DNA of 64,000 nt from an uncultured Nitrososphaeraceae archaeon (lineage in GTDB: Archaea > Thermoproteota > Nitrososphaeria > Nitrososphaerales > Nitrososphaeraceae), in the NCBI GenBank assembly GCA_963728595.1, contig CAVSLF010000004.1:34014-98013 (forward strand), read 5' to 3'. A program made the position numbers and the translations under genes. Of the stretch, positions 31,505-42,735 are shown in pieces. Each line of letters opens with the position of its first letter. Within the stretch, counting starts at the first letter, position 1. The notes beneath the pieces were generated by a model. That model was not told where the DNA came from, made no database searches, and saw nothing but the letters and a program-made list of their open reading frames with translations.

Positions 31505-33720
31505 ATGAAAAATATTGCGTTGACCTTTAATGAGAAGACAATTGTTATTTTTACTTTTCTCATCTCTTTTTCTCTCATGACTTTGGAATTATATACCAAT
31601 AGACCAGCTATTGCACAGCAGTTTTTGCCCTTACCTCCAGTGGTAGCCAATCCTACGTTTGCTGCTACTGCGACCTCCTGTAATATTCTGGCAATTTCCA
31701 GCGTAACTGCAAGTGGAAGTCAGATTGGTAATCCTGCAACTAATGCAATAGACGTGAACCTCAGTACTCGATGGTCGAATTTAGGTATTGGCTCGTCTAT
31801 TACTGTGGATTTCAGTAAAGAAAGATCCATTTGTGGCGTTGATATTTCGTGGTACAATGGGAATCAGAGGACCAATAATTTTGTAATCTCAGTTTCAATA
31901 GACGGCAGATCATTTACCACTGTTTTTTCAGGCAAGAGCAGCGGCACAACTACTGGCTTTGAGAGCTATGATTTTCCAGACACAACTGGACGATATATGA
32001 AGATTACAGTAAATGGGAATTCTATTAACGATTGGGCAAGCATTTCAGAGATTAAAGTACTCGGCAATTTAATTACGCAACCACCAAACTCAGATACAAC
32101 CCCACCATCCGTCATAAATACTTCTCCAAATAGTGGAGTTACAGGTGTGGCAGTTACTTCTTCAATTACAGCTACATTTAGCGAACCTGTACAGAGCTGG
32201 TCTAGTCCCACAATATTTACAGTGAAAAATGGCGCTGGTACCAGTATCTCCGGAACATTAGCATTGAGTACCTGATGCAAAGATTGTTACCTTTAAGCCC
32301 TCTTCGTCACTTGGATTTTCAACCACGTACACAGTTACCATAACAACGGGAGTAAAGGACAAGGCAGGTAATGCTATGAACGCAGGCAAGACATGGTTTT
32401 TTGCCACTTCCGCAGGTACCACACCGCCGACACCACCACCTACTTCCAACCCTTGCAATAAACTATCCGTTTCAAAGATTACCGAGGCTGGAGGCACGCC
32501 TAGTCTAGGACCAAAGTACGCGATAGATGGCGACCTCGCTACGCGATGGTCCGAACAAGGTCTCGGATCATCTCTTACGTTGGATATTGGGAAAAAGAAG
32601 ACAATATGTAATCTAGAAGTTTCATGGTACAGGGGAACAGAGAGAATTAGTAATTTTGTAATAGCAGTTTCAAATGATGGCAAGTCGTTTACGGATGTTT
32701 TTTCAGGGACGAGCAGTGGGAATACCAACGGTTTTGAGAGGTACGAATTTCCAGACAGAACCGCACGATACGTCAAGATTACAGTAAATGGGAACACTCT
32801 TAACAACTGGGCCAGTATTTTGGAAATAAGCTTATTTGGAGATCCGAGTAATACACCTCCCCTCTATCCCACCTCCAACGCCACCACCTTCTGATAGTAC
32901 CCTCAATATCGCTGCTGCGGGTGACTGGGGCTGCTCCTCTCAAGCCCAAAGCACTATAGATAATATCGTGCAAAAAACTCCAGAAGTTGTTCTAGCATTA
33001 GGTGATTTGAGTTACAAAGATAGTCCGGACTGTTGGTTGAAGCTGATTAGCCCAATAAAATCGATAACCAAATTCAGCATGGGAAACCATGAGGAAGACG
33101 AAGGCAGTCCTTCGTCACTGCCTTCATCTTATCTTGAAAAATTCGGACTTGGCACAAGTTATTATTCCTTTAATTACCGGAACATTCACTTCCTCATGTT
33201 GAATTCAGAAATTGCGTTCAACTCTAACTCTCCCCAGTACTCCTTTGCCAAGAATGATTTAGCAATTGCATCAGCTGATGCAGCAATAAAATGGATCATT
33301 GTGGGCTTCCATACTCCGGTGTACACTTCGCCAACCAAGCATCCGGCAAATGTACCTTTCAGAGAAACTTATCATCCTTTATTCGACAAATATGACGTGG
33401 ATCTGGTACTTCAGGCACACAATCACAATTATCAGCGCTCCTATCCAATGACTTTCAATAATGCCAAGTCATCGGAGCCTCTGCTAAGTTCCTCACAGAA
33501 GAACGATTACAAAGATCCAGCAGGTGAAATATATATCATCGTTGGAACTGCAGGCAGATCACTATACTCTTTAAATGGCAAGGCATCATTTAATATTGAT
33601 CAATTTGAAGAATACGGCTTTCTTAACTTGGAAATATCAAACGATGGAAAAATATTGAATGGTAAATTTTACTCTGACAAGGGTGGATCAATAAAGGATC
33701 AATTCACTATAACAAAGTAG
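31505..33720 (+). CDS. Secreted discoidin / Ig-like (Big_5) / discoidin / metallophosphoesterase protein (split by two +1 indels near 32269 and 32860)
   Basis: Two F5/8C domains (NAID..TRWS, WY.G..R, RY.KITVNG), DTTPPSV..SITATFSEPV..VKDKAGN, then AAGDWGC, LGDLSY, GNHE, AHNHNYQR; frames join when one base is removed at each site. Confidence 0.88.
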
Positions 33721-33839
33721 GGCTTAAATAGGCCTACATCATCTTTTTGACAATTTTTGATGTCGGGATAAATACTGTAAGCAAATATTGAATTTTCTTT
33801 AGGCATGATAATATTAGGTTCTTCTCATTCAGAAATATT

Positions 33840-35610
33840 TCAGTCTAAAGTGGAGTTATTCGCACGCTCAGTATTTACGGAATTGTCCTTAGGATTTAAG
33901 GTAGACGAATCTGTAGTGTTAGATGACACGGTTGAAGGTACCTCTTCATTATTGATAACCCTCACTGCAGTAATTGCGGAATCAGAACCTCCTCTGTCAT
34001 CAGTAGCTGTCAACTTGAACACAAGCATTGTGTCCTGATTAACCATGGGAGAAATAAAGCTCATTTTGATATCATTTGCGTTATCTAAAGGGATTGAAGG
34101 ACCTGTTACTTGCTGCCAATGGTAGGATTCTATTTTGCCATCCCTGTCTTTACTCTTGGAACCATCCAGTATTACTTGTGAGCCTTCAACTGCTATTTGA
34201 TTCTTTCCGGCATTGGCCTCTGGCTGAATGTTTTTTACAACAGGTCTAACATTCTTTTTGGTCTCCTTTGGAAGGACAGGTTTAGCCGCCAAGTTGCTGT
34301 CTTCATTATTAGCATCAGCACTATTGTTCTCTTGACCAGTATCAGCTTTTGTGGCAGTATTCTCAGAGATTCTGGTTTTATTAATAATCTGGGACAAGTC
34401 AGGTACATTGATATTCTTTCGGTCATTGCTAGCATCTTTTACATTGTTTTGTGCCTTTCTACTGTTGTTAATAATCTGGGACAAGTCAGGTACATTGATA
34501 TTCTTTCGGTCTTTGATAGTAATATTTTCTGTGCTTTCTGCGGTTTGATTATTTCTACCTGTCTGATTACTTGAAAGCTGGTCAATGATTTTTTGAGGAC
34601 TCGTCTGATTAGTGAAATTAACTTTGTTCGCAGTCGAGATCTTTAGGGAAGAAATCGATATTGGCTTACTGATAGTGAACGTGTCGTAAGGAGTAGATTC
34701 TCCATTTCTATAATATTTCCCAGTAAGTTTGGTGCCATCATTAGCCATGAGAATGTCTAGAATGCCAAACTTTTGATCCTGTTGTTTAACTACAAAATAG
34801 GATTTTCCTGATAACCCGTGGAAGTTAATTCCTCCAGTTCCAACTGTCACAAATATCTGTCCTTCTGGGTCTGTGTAGCTTGATGTACTCGTGCTTGTCC
34901 GAGTAGGACTTAAAGGAGAAACTGTATCATACTTCAAGGGAAATGTGCGCTGGTAGTTATGAACATGACCTTGAAGAACAAGATCCACTCTGTATTTATC
35001 GAACAATGGATGATACGCATCCCTAAGCGAACTGCTTCCCTCACATGTTGAAGCAGAACAAGTGTTAGGAGAAGTGTACATAACTCTGTGGTAATTTACA
35101 ATAATCCATTTGATATTAGGATTGGCAGCGAGCAGTCTTTAGGTCGTTCTCCACGAAAGTGTATTGTGCAGAACCTTTACTGAAGCTTAATTCTGAAGCC
35201 ATCGTTAGCACGTGAGTATTTACGTAATCAAAGGAGTAGTATTGCTTGCTAAGACCAAATGCGTTCATATATTGACTATTTCCTTCGTTAGCATCGTTTT
35301 CGTGATTTCCGATATTTATTCTAGTTATGCTCTTGATGGGGTTGATTGTATTGAGCCAACAGGTCGCGGTAGATGTATACGAATAATCTCCCAGACCGAG
35401 TACTCGTTCTGGTTTTTTGCCCTGGATATTTGTAACCGTGTTTTTGGTGTTGGAGTTACATCCCCAATCCCCAACACCATCAAAGTTGAAATCAGCGTGG
35501 GCAAATTTAGCAAATAATCCCGATAAGGGAGGAGTAGAAATCATAATCAAGAATGTAATAAATGACGCAACTGTAATTAATAGGTGAGCCGAATGCATTG
35601 GTAGCTGCAT
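33840..35610 (-). CDS. Secreted metallophosphoesterase with C-terminal PKD/Ig-like domain (split by a +1 indel near 35130)
   Basis: Signal ending AHA; VGDWGC, LGDYSY, GNHE, GHVHNYQR; ANAGKNQ..VILDGSKSKDRDGKIESYHWQQ. Confidence 0.88.
34381..34511 (-). repeat. 44-bp intragenic direct repeat, 87-bp period
   Basis: 34381-34424 equals 34468-34511, encoding DRKNINVPDLSQIIN twice. Confidence 0.92.
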
Positions 35611-35963
35611 GCGAATGTCTCATATAACTTTGTTTGCCAATTTGTCCTGTTAGCCTCATGAATTGAGATCCTTAAAAAGAGAATTACAAAAGGTGCATTC
35701 GTGTAAATAGAAAATACCTGCCTGAATGAGTAATCCACGTTGCATACTCAAGCGTATGCAATCTATCTACATAACTTAAAGAGGAGGAACCAAAACTGGA
35801 AATTTCTGAGCTAAGGAAATTCAGAATTGGCCATATCAGTCAATATCGAGAAGCTTTATTGAATTTATTAACTGATTTCGAATGATCACATTATCTGGAT
35901 TACTGAATGACTGGATTGGAGCTATGAATGCCATCAAATAATAATCTACAGATCCCACATAAG

Positions 35964-36455
35964 TCAACCAGAATTGCTCCACCGTTTCCAGTTCAGCGTC
36001 TCCAAATCTGTGCCTGGAATATGAGATGAAAGTCCAGTCATCTGTCCGTCTATAGTAGTAAAAGATGGTGGCTGTATAATTTCATATTTGTTTGGGGCGT
36101 TACTATCATTAAGCATTTTCATGACGTGCTGTAGACCTGCTTGTAAGTCTGAGCCAATCGCGGTGTCATTTCCCAACACTATCCAGAATAAAGATCCATT
36201 ACTATTACCATTTTCTTTACTCAGTTTGCTAACACTAATATCAGCACCCTTATCATGACTTGTTATCTTCTCGCTTTGAACCCAGTTGGTGGGATACTGA
36301 AATTGAACTTTATACTTATATGAAGTATAATTGACGTATTCTAGGGCTAAAGTATCGCCTCCATTCAATAGCAATGTTAAGAAAATACATGCGATTAATA
36401 AATCGATAATACATGTTGGATTGAGATATCTCTGTATCCATATAGGTTCGGTCAA
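35964..36455 (-). CDS. Secreted PsbP-like protein, 3' end frameshifted or degraded
   Basis: Signal; YVNYTSYKYKVQFQYPTNW; TIDGQ, then loss of frame. Confidence 0.6.
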   Translation of the reverse strand: MTEPIWIQRYLNPTCIIDLLIACIFLTLLLNGGDTLALEYVNYTSYKYKVQFQYPTNWVQSEKITSHDKGADISVSKLSKENGNSNGSLFWIVLGNDTAIGSDLQAGLQHVMKMLNDSNAPNKYEIIQPPSFTTIDGQMTGLSSHIPGTDLETLNWKRWSNSG

Positions 36456-36768
36456 CGGGATAACCTTAGATTCATGTTAGTAATGTGCTATGAACTTAAA
36501 ACACTTTTTGGTAAATACTCCAAAAATTGCCAATACAAGAGAACTTGCATAATCGGTGAATCGACATAGACCACCGTCACGGGGATAGTTCAACTGAAAA
36601 TTTGTGAATAAGAAATCAACATCGCTGACGTCTCTTAATGCCAATCTGAAAAGCAACCGCGTCAATGCTCACAGCATTAGTACAGCACGTCATGCATCTG
36701 AAATCATAATTACTTTTTTTACTCTTAGCAACAACTGGGCTTGTTGATACTAACCAATATGACTGATA

Positions 36769-38134
36769 TCAGGTAATGTTTGCAGCGGTGACTGGCTTGA
36801 CATCAAATATACCCATCCATCCTAAGTCCGTAAATTCTGTCTGATGCGCGTGAAACATGTACTTTCCGGGATAATCGTATTTGAACTCGATGATTCCTCT
36901 GTCACCTTGCGCTAACGTTACCATGTCAGTCATAAAGTTGGGTATTTCCTCTGTGCCAGCTATTGTATAATTATACATATTCCCGTGCATATGAAATGAA
37001 TTTACTAAATCAAATTCTAACATGTTTACTAGGTATATCCGATAAGGATTGCCTGCTTGAATTGAAATAGGATGACTCGTGTAGTCAAATGCTTTACCAT
37101 TCACAGTATATATTTCGTTATCTCTTTCTGCATCAGCTTCATCTTCTGAAGCACCTTGATTATCTTCTTTCTGCGTTTCTGCCTCATTCTTCACTTCGTT
37201 ATCATTGGATGTACTGGATTTAACCTGTGTGTCATCAGTGTTTTGATCTTCCTTCGATAAATCAGAGGATTTGGTTTCCTTATTCAGGGAAGTATCTTTG
37301 CTATCTGATTTTATTTGAACCGCTTGTTCTAATTTATTGTCTTTCCCTGCATTACCATCACTTTTCAAATGATCGTGACTGACCTTTAGTACTGGCAGAA
37401 ACTTGGTCAGCGTTTGATTCGTCAACAGCAGGAATAGTTACAGGTCCTTCTTGGTCGAAATTCATATCATAACCATTCATTAGCATAGCGAATTCAGTCA
37501 TTTGTGTTCTAGGAGTTTTAGGATCAATGATAAACATCCCGTATAATCCTCTATTGATATGGTCAGCGATCGGGTCTACATGACAGTGGTATGGGAATAC
37601 GCCATAGGGTTGGGCGACAAATTCGTAAATGAAGCTACCTCCTGGGGGTATAGCACCGCCCTGATAACCGCCCATTGAGACACCATCCATTACAGCTGGA
37701 TGGATAGAGTGCAAGTGCAATGAATGAGCATGCTGATTTTCTGGGCTATTTATAACCTTGATTCGGACGTGATCTCCTTGGGTAACCCTCATAGTTGGAC
37801 CAGGTATAGTCCCATTGAAAGTCCATCCATCAAATATATGCCCTTCATTAGAAATAGGTATTTTCTGGTTTTCTTTAACCACTAAAGTAAAATCTCTAAT
37901 AGTTTCACCATTAGACTCTTTTGAAACATGCCCGCAGTTAAAGTACGTCAGGTATTCGATGGAAGTCGGATGTTTACTAAGATCGCTTGTACAATGTTTA
38001 GCTTTGTCATAATCTTCAGATGAAATGCCTGACGCCCCTGCGACTGACATTGCTGATGCTTCCGCGCCTGTCAACACTAAAGATATCGTTGCAGAAATAA
38101 GTAACACATAATTAATAGTACGTTTATTTAGCAC
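36769..38134 (-). CDS. Two-domain multicopper oxidase with acidic insertion (split by a +1 indel near 37363)
   Basis: Signal; WTFNGTIPGP, HSLHLH, YHCHVDPIADHINRGLYG; domain 2 NSFHMHG and MFHAHQ. Confidence 0.9.
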
Positions 38135-38217
38135 AAGTTGTTCAATATTTTATTTATATAAATATGTTTAGAAATGTTACCTTGCCGGATATCGCAATCG
38201 CATCGAAATTTTACATT

Positions 38218-38231
38218 GTATCATATGATAC
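38218..38231. promoter_or_regulatory. Perfect 14-bp palindrome upstream of the multicopper oxidase promoter
   Basis: GTATCATATGATAC, about 85 nt upstream of the start and beyond the TATA-like element. Confidence 0.4.
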
Positions 38232-38605
38232 CTTAGATATTCGAAATTTTCTTGAACATAGTATACGAACTTCTTAATAGCGATAAAGTGATAAGGTCAC
38301 TCGAATTACCCCTATTTGGACAAGCTAATATCAGTAATAAACGCATGTAAATTGTGATTTCATTCTCCAGGTAGTTCAATTCTTTTCGCTAAGAAACTCT
38401 CTCAAGGGGACAGCTACAGACATTTAAAGCAGTTAGAGATGAGGGAACAAGAAGTTAGCACTATGATTGATGAGTTAGCTCTAGTCTATACAGTTAATTT
38501 CAGTTCTTGCTGGTTTGGAAATGAGTATTACGCCAAAAATGTTGATAGTCTACTGCACGCTAGCTAGTTGAATCGGGAACACCACCTGCACTTTTTTTCG
38601 CTACA

Positions 38606-38968
38606 ATGAGATTATCAATAGGATTTAACGATCCTGTCTCCGCTCATTACATTGGTTTTGGTTTACACATACTGACGGGTACTGTCGCAGGTAACATATT
38701 CGGACAGTTGGCATTATTCTGGCGAAAACTGATCTCATACGACACAAAAAGGGGTGTATATCTCGGCGCGACGGTGGGAGTGACTTTATGGGCAGTATTG
38801 TTCTTACCGATTGCAACATTTGGAATACAGCCCAGATTAGATGAATACTTGACTTCTGAGCCTAATGCTTATGTGAATAATATTGCGAATCATTTCGCTG
38901 GATTGTATCCTTTGATAGTTGGGGGGTCGCTACTACTGGAACAGCTACAGGAACAGAAAACTAGATAA
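38606..38968 (+). pseudogene. Fragment of a polytopic membrane protein
   Basis: IGFGLHILTGTVAGNIFG and GVTLWAVLFLPI TM segments; upstream frame contains stops and the 3' end looks truncated. Confidence 0.45.
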
Positions 38969-39260
38969 TTTTTTTATTGGTCTTTTTGCTTGGCAATACT
39001 GAATGTCAACGATAGGCTGAGTGCTTTACCTTGGACATAACTTTTACCACATTCGAAATTGATGAGGTAATTACAGTAAAGCATTCCACTGGGGGGAGCG
39101 ATTGATCTTGACATCATTTAGTTTCAAGAGATCCTTGATAACTTGTTTGGAATTATTGACAGGAGATCACGTCATGATACTAAGTTTGGTAAAGCAGTGC
39201 AGTACAGGGAATTCTCTAGAATGATAATCTTCCCCCGATATGTTCAACTAAAGAAGATGG

Positions 39261-39914
39261 CTAAGGTCCACTCCAATCAAAGGGAATATGCTTGCTTGAA
39301 TTACCCTTCCTCTCCCATTTGTAACCCATTGCATCGACAATATCTGACACAGCGCTACCCCACGTTGCGACCCCACCAGGTCCGACTTCACTACCAGGTG
39401 GGTTCGTGGTTTGAACTCGTTTACCTGGAGGAGTCATAGGACCAGATAGTGCTTCGGCCTTTGCACTTACCTTCCCTGGTATCTCTACACCCCAATAACC
39501 AAGATCGTCTGCCAACTCGAATTTGATAGGAACATAATCAACTCCATGAACATGTCCTATTAATTTTGCAAATTCGGCCATGAAACCGCCGGCCTTCCCC
39601 GTAAAGATCATATTTAGAGCATCTCGTTGCTCTTCATTGGCTCTTTCATCAAAAAAAATTGCAATATTTGCTTTCGTTTTACCTGCCCAAATGTTACCCT
39701 TAAAGTCGGCTAATGCTAGGGCGTTCAATCCGTCAAGTGATACTTTGCCGTAATCCCCGTTCTTAATATGATATGCTAAAACCCCGTCACAGTCACCGTA
39801 TGTAGGAGTCTGCGCAAACTCACATGGACACGGTATACTGCACTTGCAGACATCAAACCAATCTCCAGAAACTTTCCATTTCGGAATATCAGAATCCTCC
39901 ATCATGTTATGCAA
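39261..39914 (-). CDS. DUF1326 domain protein
   Basis: WKVSGDWFDVCKCSIPCPC...PTYGDC, DERANEEQRDAL..IFTGKAGG, FDWSGP. Confidence 0.88.
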   Translation of the reverse strand: MHNMMEDSDIPKWKVSGDWFDVCKCSIPCPCEFAQTPTYGDCDGVLAYHIKNGDYGKVSLDGLNALALADFKGNIWAGKTKANIAIFFDERANEEQRDALNMIFTGKAGGFMAEFAKLIGHVHGVDYVPIKFELADDLGYWGVEIPGKVSAKAEALSGPMTPPGKRVQTTNPPGSEVGPGGVATWGSAVSDIVDAMGYKWERKGNSSKHIPFDWSGP

Positions 39915-40177
39915 TGGAGAGGTTCTATTTTAGTCTAGAGTACTAGGTTTTTGCTGCCATTGACATCATTCTTACGATTGCCTATATGCGATTGAATTAC
40001 TCAAGATTCTCGGTGACGATCATAACTTACTAAAACCGTAAAATTATTTCTAAAAAAATGTGATGAGGCTTTTTCATTATCCATGTTAATCTCGAGAACT
40101 GAGTTTCTTTCGATTCCAGGGTTATAAGGTTTTTAATCTTTAGTCTAACATAGGTTACCTCCGGGCATAAATCTCAA

Positions 40178-40720
40178 TTGCAGATGAAAAGTAAGATTGC
40201 TATGTTAAATCGTAAGCAAGTAAAAATGGATTTTGGTAGAAATAACAGAATTTCTCTATTTATCATAATTAGTACCATCTTTGTTATCGTTGGACTACAA
40301 GGATCTGTAACAGGCTACACAGGAGGGGAAATTGTTATTATGTTAAACAGTGCACATTTTGCTCCACTTGCTGGAACTGACAACTATCAAGTCAAAGTGC
40401 TTGTTAATTACACTGTGTCCGACCCTATTCTCGTTGGACAGAAGATTAACGCTGTTATGAAGATACATTCCGCAAATGGATCGTTACTGAAAACTACGTC
40501 TTTTCCTGCTGGATTTACTGCCAATAAAACTGGTATGACACAACTCTTAACAAACATTCCCATATCCACTTCCCAGAATATAACTACGGAAACCGTCTTC
40601 ACAGATCTCAACAAAACAAGTCTAGTATCGAATCCTGTGAAAACATTACCTCTTATATCTAACCCTATTAATTCATCTGAATTTACACCAGCCGTGATCA
40701 GTAACAAAACTAACCCTTAG
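40178..40720 (+). CDS. Secreted/membrane-anchored hypothetical protein
   Basis: Hydrophobic N-terminal segment, beta-rich body (QVKVLVNY, INAVMKI, KTTSFPAGF). Confidence 0.7.
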   Translation: MQMKSKIAMLNRKQVKMDFGRNNRISLFIIISTIFVIVGLQGSVTGYTGGEIVIMLNSAHFAPLAGTDNYQVKVLVNYTVSDPILVGQKINAVMKIHSANGSLLKTTSFPAGFTANKTGMTQLLTNIPISTSQNITTETVFTDLNKTSLVSNPVKTLPLISNPINSSEFTPAVISNKTNP

Positions 40721-40894
40721 ATTTGAGAACGGACATAAAAGAGACTATATCTCCTAATTAAGCTAAGATATTTTAGTAGTTTTCATATTACTGCTGTAGA
40801 GTATCATGATTTCCAATAAACTTGGTTTAAAATCACTCGATACGGCTAAAAAAATTGGATGTATTTTCTTCATGAATAGAGGAGACAGTAACTT

Positions 40895-41035
40895 CGTATT
40901 CTTTCAAAGATTCTCCAGACTCATGTCCCTGTGATCTAGGGGAGGTGAATACCTCGATTCTCTTGGCTAACTTTCCCCAAGAATATCCCTAGGAAATTAT
41001 TTTCGGTTTTTACCCTTAGGCATGACAAGAATACG
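40895..41035. other. Candidate structured non-coding element (nested stems, three-way junction)
   Basis: Five complementary segment pairs in nested order; see findings. Confidence 0.3.
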
Positions 41036-41258
41036 TTTCGTAATTCAATAGACAGATGCTATAATGATGATGCTCTTTAGTATTGCCAAGTAGATACTCA
41101 GATGTAAGTCTTCCACCACCATTCTAGCATGTCTTTCATTCTTAGATAAAAAAAAAAAACATGTCTTTCTTTCTTCAGATAAGTGAACCTTGTCAGCGTA
41201 ATTCGTACGACTCGAATTCAACCAAATCTTCTTATAAGTTGAGAACTAATATTCATGT

Positions 41259-41543
41259 ATGAGATTACGTGACAGAGAGGAGATTAATGCTTCCATACTT
41301 ACCACCGCAGGGTCCGGCTATGGAGCGAAACTGACAAAGTTAATGTTTAGTTCATATCTTACTCATTCTCAGGTGCTTGAATATTCGAAAATTCTGATCG
41401 AGCGCGGTTTCTTAGAGTACGATAAAATCGATAAAGTGTATAAGACGACACCATATGGCTTTAAATTTCTTGAATTGCATAACGAAATGAGTCAAATCCT
41501 GAATGTTCAACAAGAACTCGAACCTTATAGAAGAAGAAAGTAA
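41259..41543 (+). CDS. Winged helix-turn-helix transcriptional regulator (archaeal HTH_45-like)
   Basis: RDREEINASIL...TKLMFSSYLTHSQVLEY...L...YKTTPYGFKFL; CTTATAA upstream. Confidence 0.85.
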   Translation: MRLRDREEINASILTTAGSGYGAKLTKLMFSSYLTHSQVLEYSKILIERGFLEYDKIDKVYKTTPYGFKFLELHNEMSQILNVQQELEPYRRRK

Positions 41544-41694
41544 AAAGAAGAATTACGATCGTTTATTAATTACAAATGTTATTTCATTACTGCAGTACCA
41601 ATACAAGAGGATCTCTTCAGTTCTATGAACATTTTTCCTGAATTTAGTATCAATTGATATTTGGTATGAAATTGATTTTCAAAGTCATGAATGC

Positions 41695-41701
41695 TTTTAT
41701 A
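41695..41701 (+). promoter_or_regulatory. Archaeal TATA box (leaderless-type spacing)
   Basis: TTTTATA ending 24 nt before ATG 41725. Confidence 0.55.
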
Positions 41702-41724
41702 GCTACACTCAATAAAAGGTCTTT

Positions 41725-42021
41725 ATGAGATTCATAGTTCGCGCCAAAGTTCCAACTGAAGCAGGCAACAAGATGGTAAAAAATCCAAAGTTCATCGAAA
41801 ACCTTGAAGAATATATCAACAAGGTCAAATCTGAAGCAAGTTACTTTTTTGAAGCAGATGGAAACAGAGTTCTTGTTTTCGTTGTCAATATGGATAGTGT
41901 TGACATGATCCCTACTATTGCTGAACCTCTGTTCCAAGAAATGGGTGCTAACGTCGAATTCCACCCTGTAATGTCACTTGATGATTTGAAAAAAGCAATT
42001 CAGCATATGAACAATCAATAA
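41725..42021 (+). CDS. Small ferredoxin-fold hypothetical protein (DUF3303/GYD-like)
   Basis: PTEAGN, EASYFFEADGNR, IPTIAEPLF, VEFHPVMSLDDL. Confidence 0.8.
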   Translation: MRFIVRAKVPTEAGNKMVKNPKFIENLEEYINKVKSEASYFFEADGNRVLVFVVNMDSVDMIPTIAEPLFQEMGANVEFHPVMSLDDLKKAIQHMNNQ

Positions 42022-42735
42022 TTACGATCAAATTTTGATCATTTCCATCTTGTCTTTGTGCCTCTGTGTAGTATACAAAAACTTATGTGGGAATAGTGGG
42101 AGTGGCGGTGCTGTTATTATGCGGAATAGCCGCAGTCATAGTGACCACTGCTAGTTCTAGTTGTCGTTTAGTTAAATTGCTGTCTGATCCTATTGTAAAT
42201 GAAAATTTATTATTTTGATCAAATTAATCAACTAATCAATACTTGCAAGATTTTTCGAAGTTCTTCTCTTGATGCCTTATAGTCATCTAACTTCTGTTTA
42301 GCATGATCGTCTCATGGAAGGTATCCAATAGTGTTCGTTGCTGCTTGTCTGACATGCTGACATCTGATTCCACTATGTTTTCGAGATCCTTTTTGCTCAA
42401 TTCTAATGTGACTATGCAATTGACCTTATCTTCCTTAATTATTCTAAGTGTTATATTTTACGATTATTAACGTGATCAAGATACTAGACTAAATAACTTT
42501 CAACAATCCATATCAATTGTATCACTAGCGATATCATCATGCTTCCAAAAAGAAGAAACCATTCTATTTGAATCATTCGTCAGTCCCAAGTTGTTTTCAA
42601 AATAATAGCAATGTTCAGGTCTCAATTCATCTTTTATGATACGAATCGAAATATGTTATCGCAGGAAGAGTAAATCTAACATGGCACCCTTTCGTTCAAC
42701 ATTATTCTCTGCCATTAATTCTGTTCCGTGTCGTT

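Noticed and set aside
36769..38134. NirK nitrite reductase
   Set aside because: HxH pairs in both domains and an axial Leu fit a trinuclear-cluster two-domain MCO
41128..41182. Imperfect direct repeat CATGTCTTTC..TTCTT.AGATAA around a poly-A run
   Set aside because: Low complexity and two copies only; may be a local duplication or assembly noise
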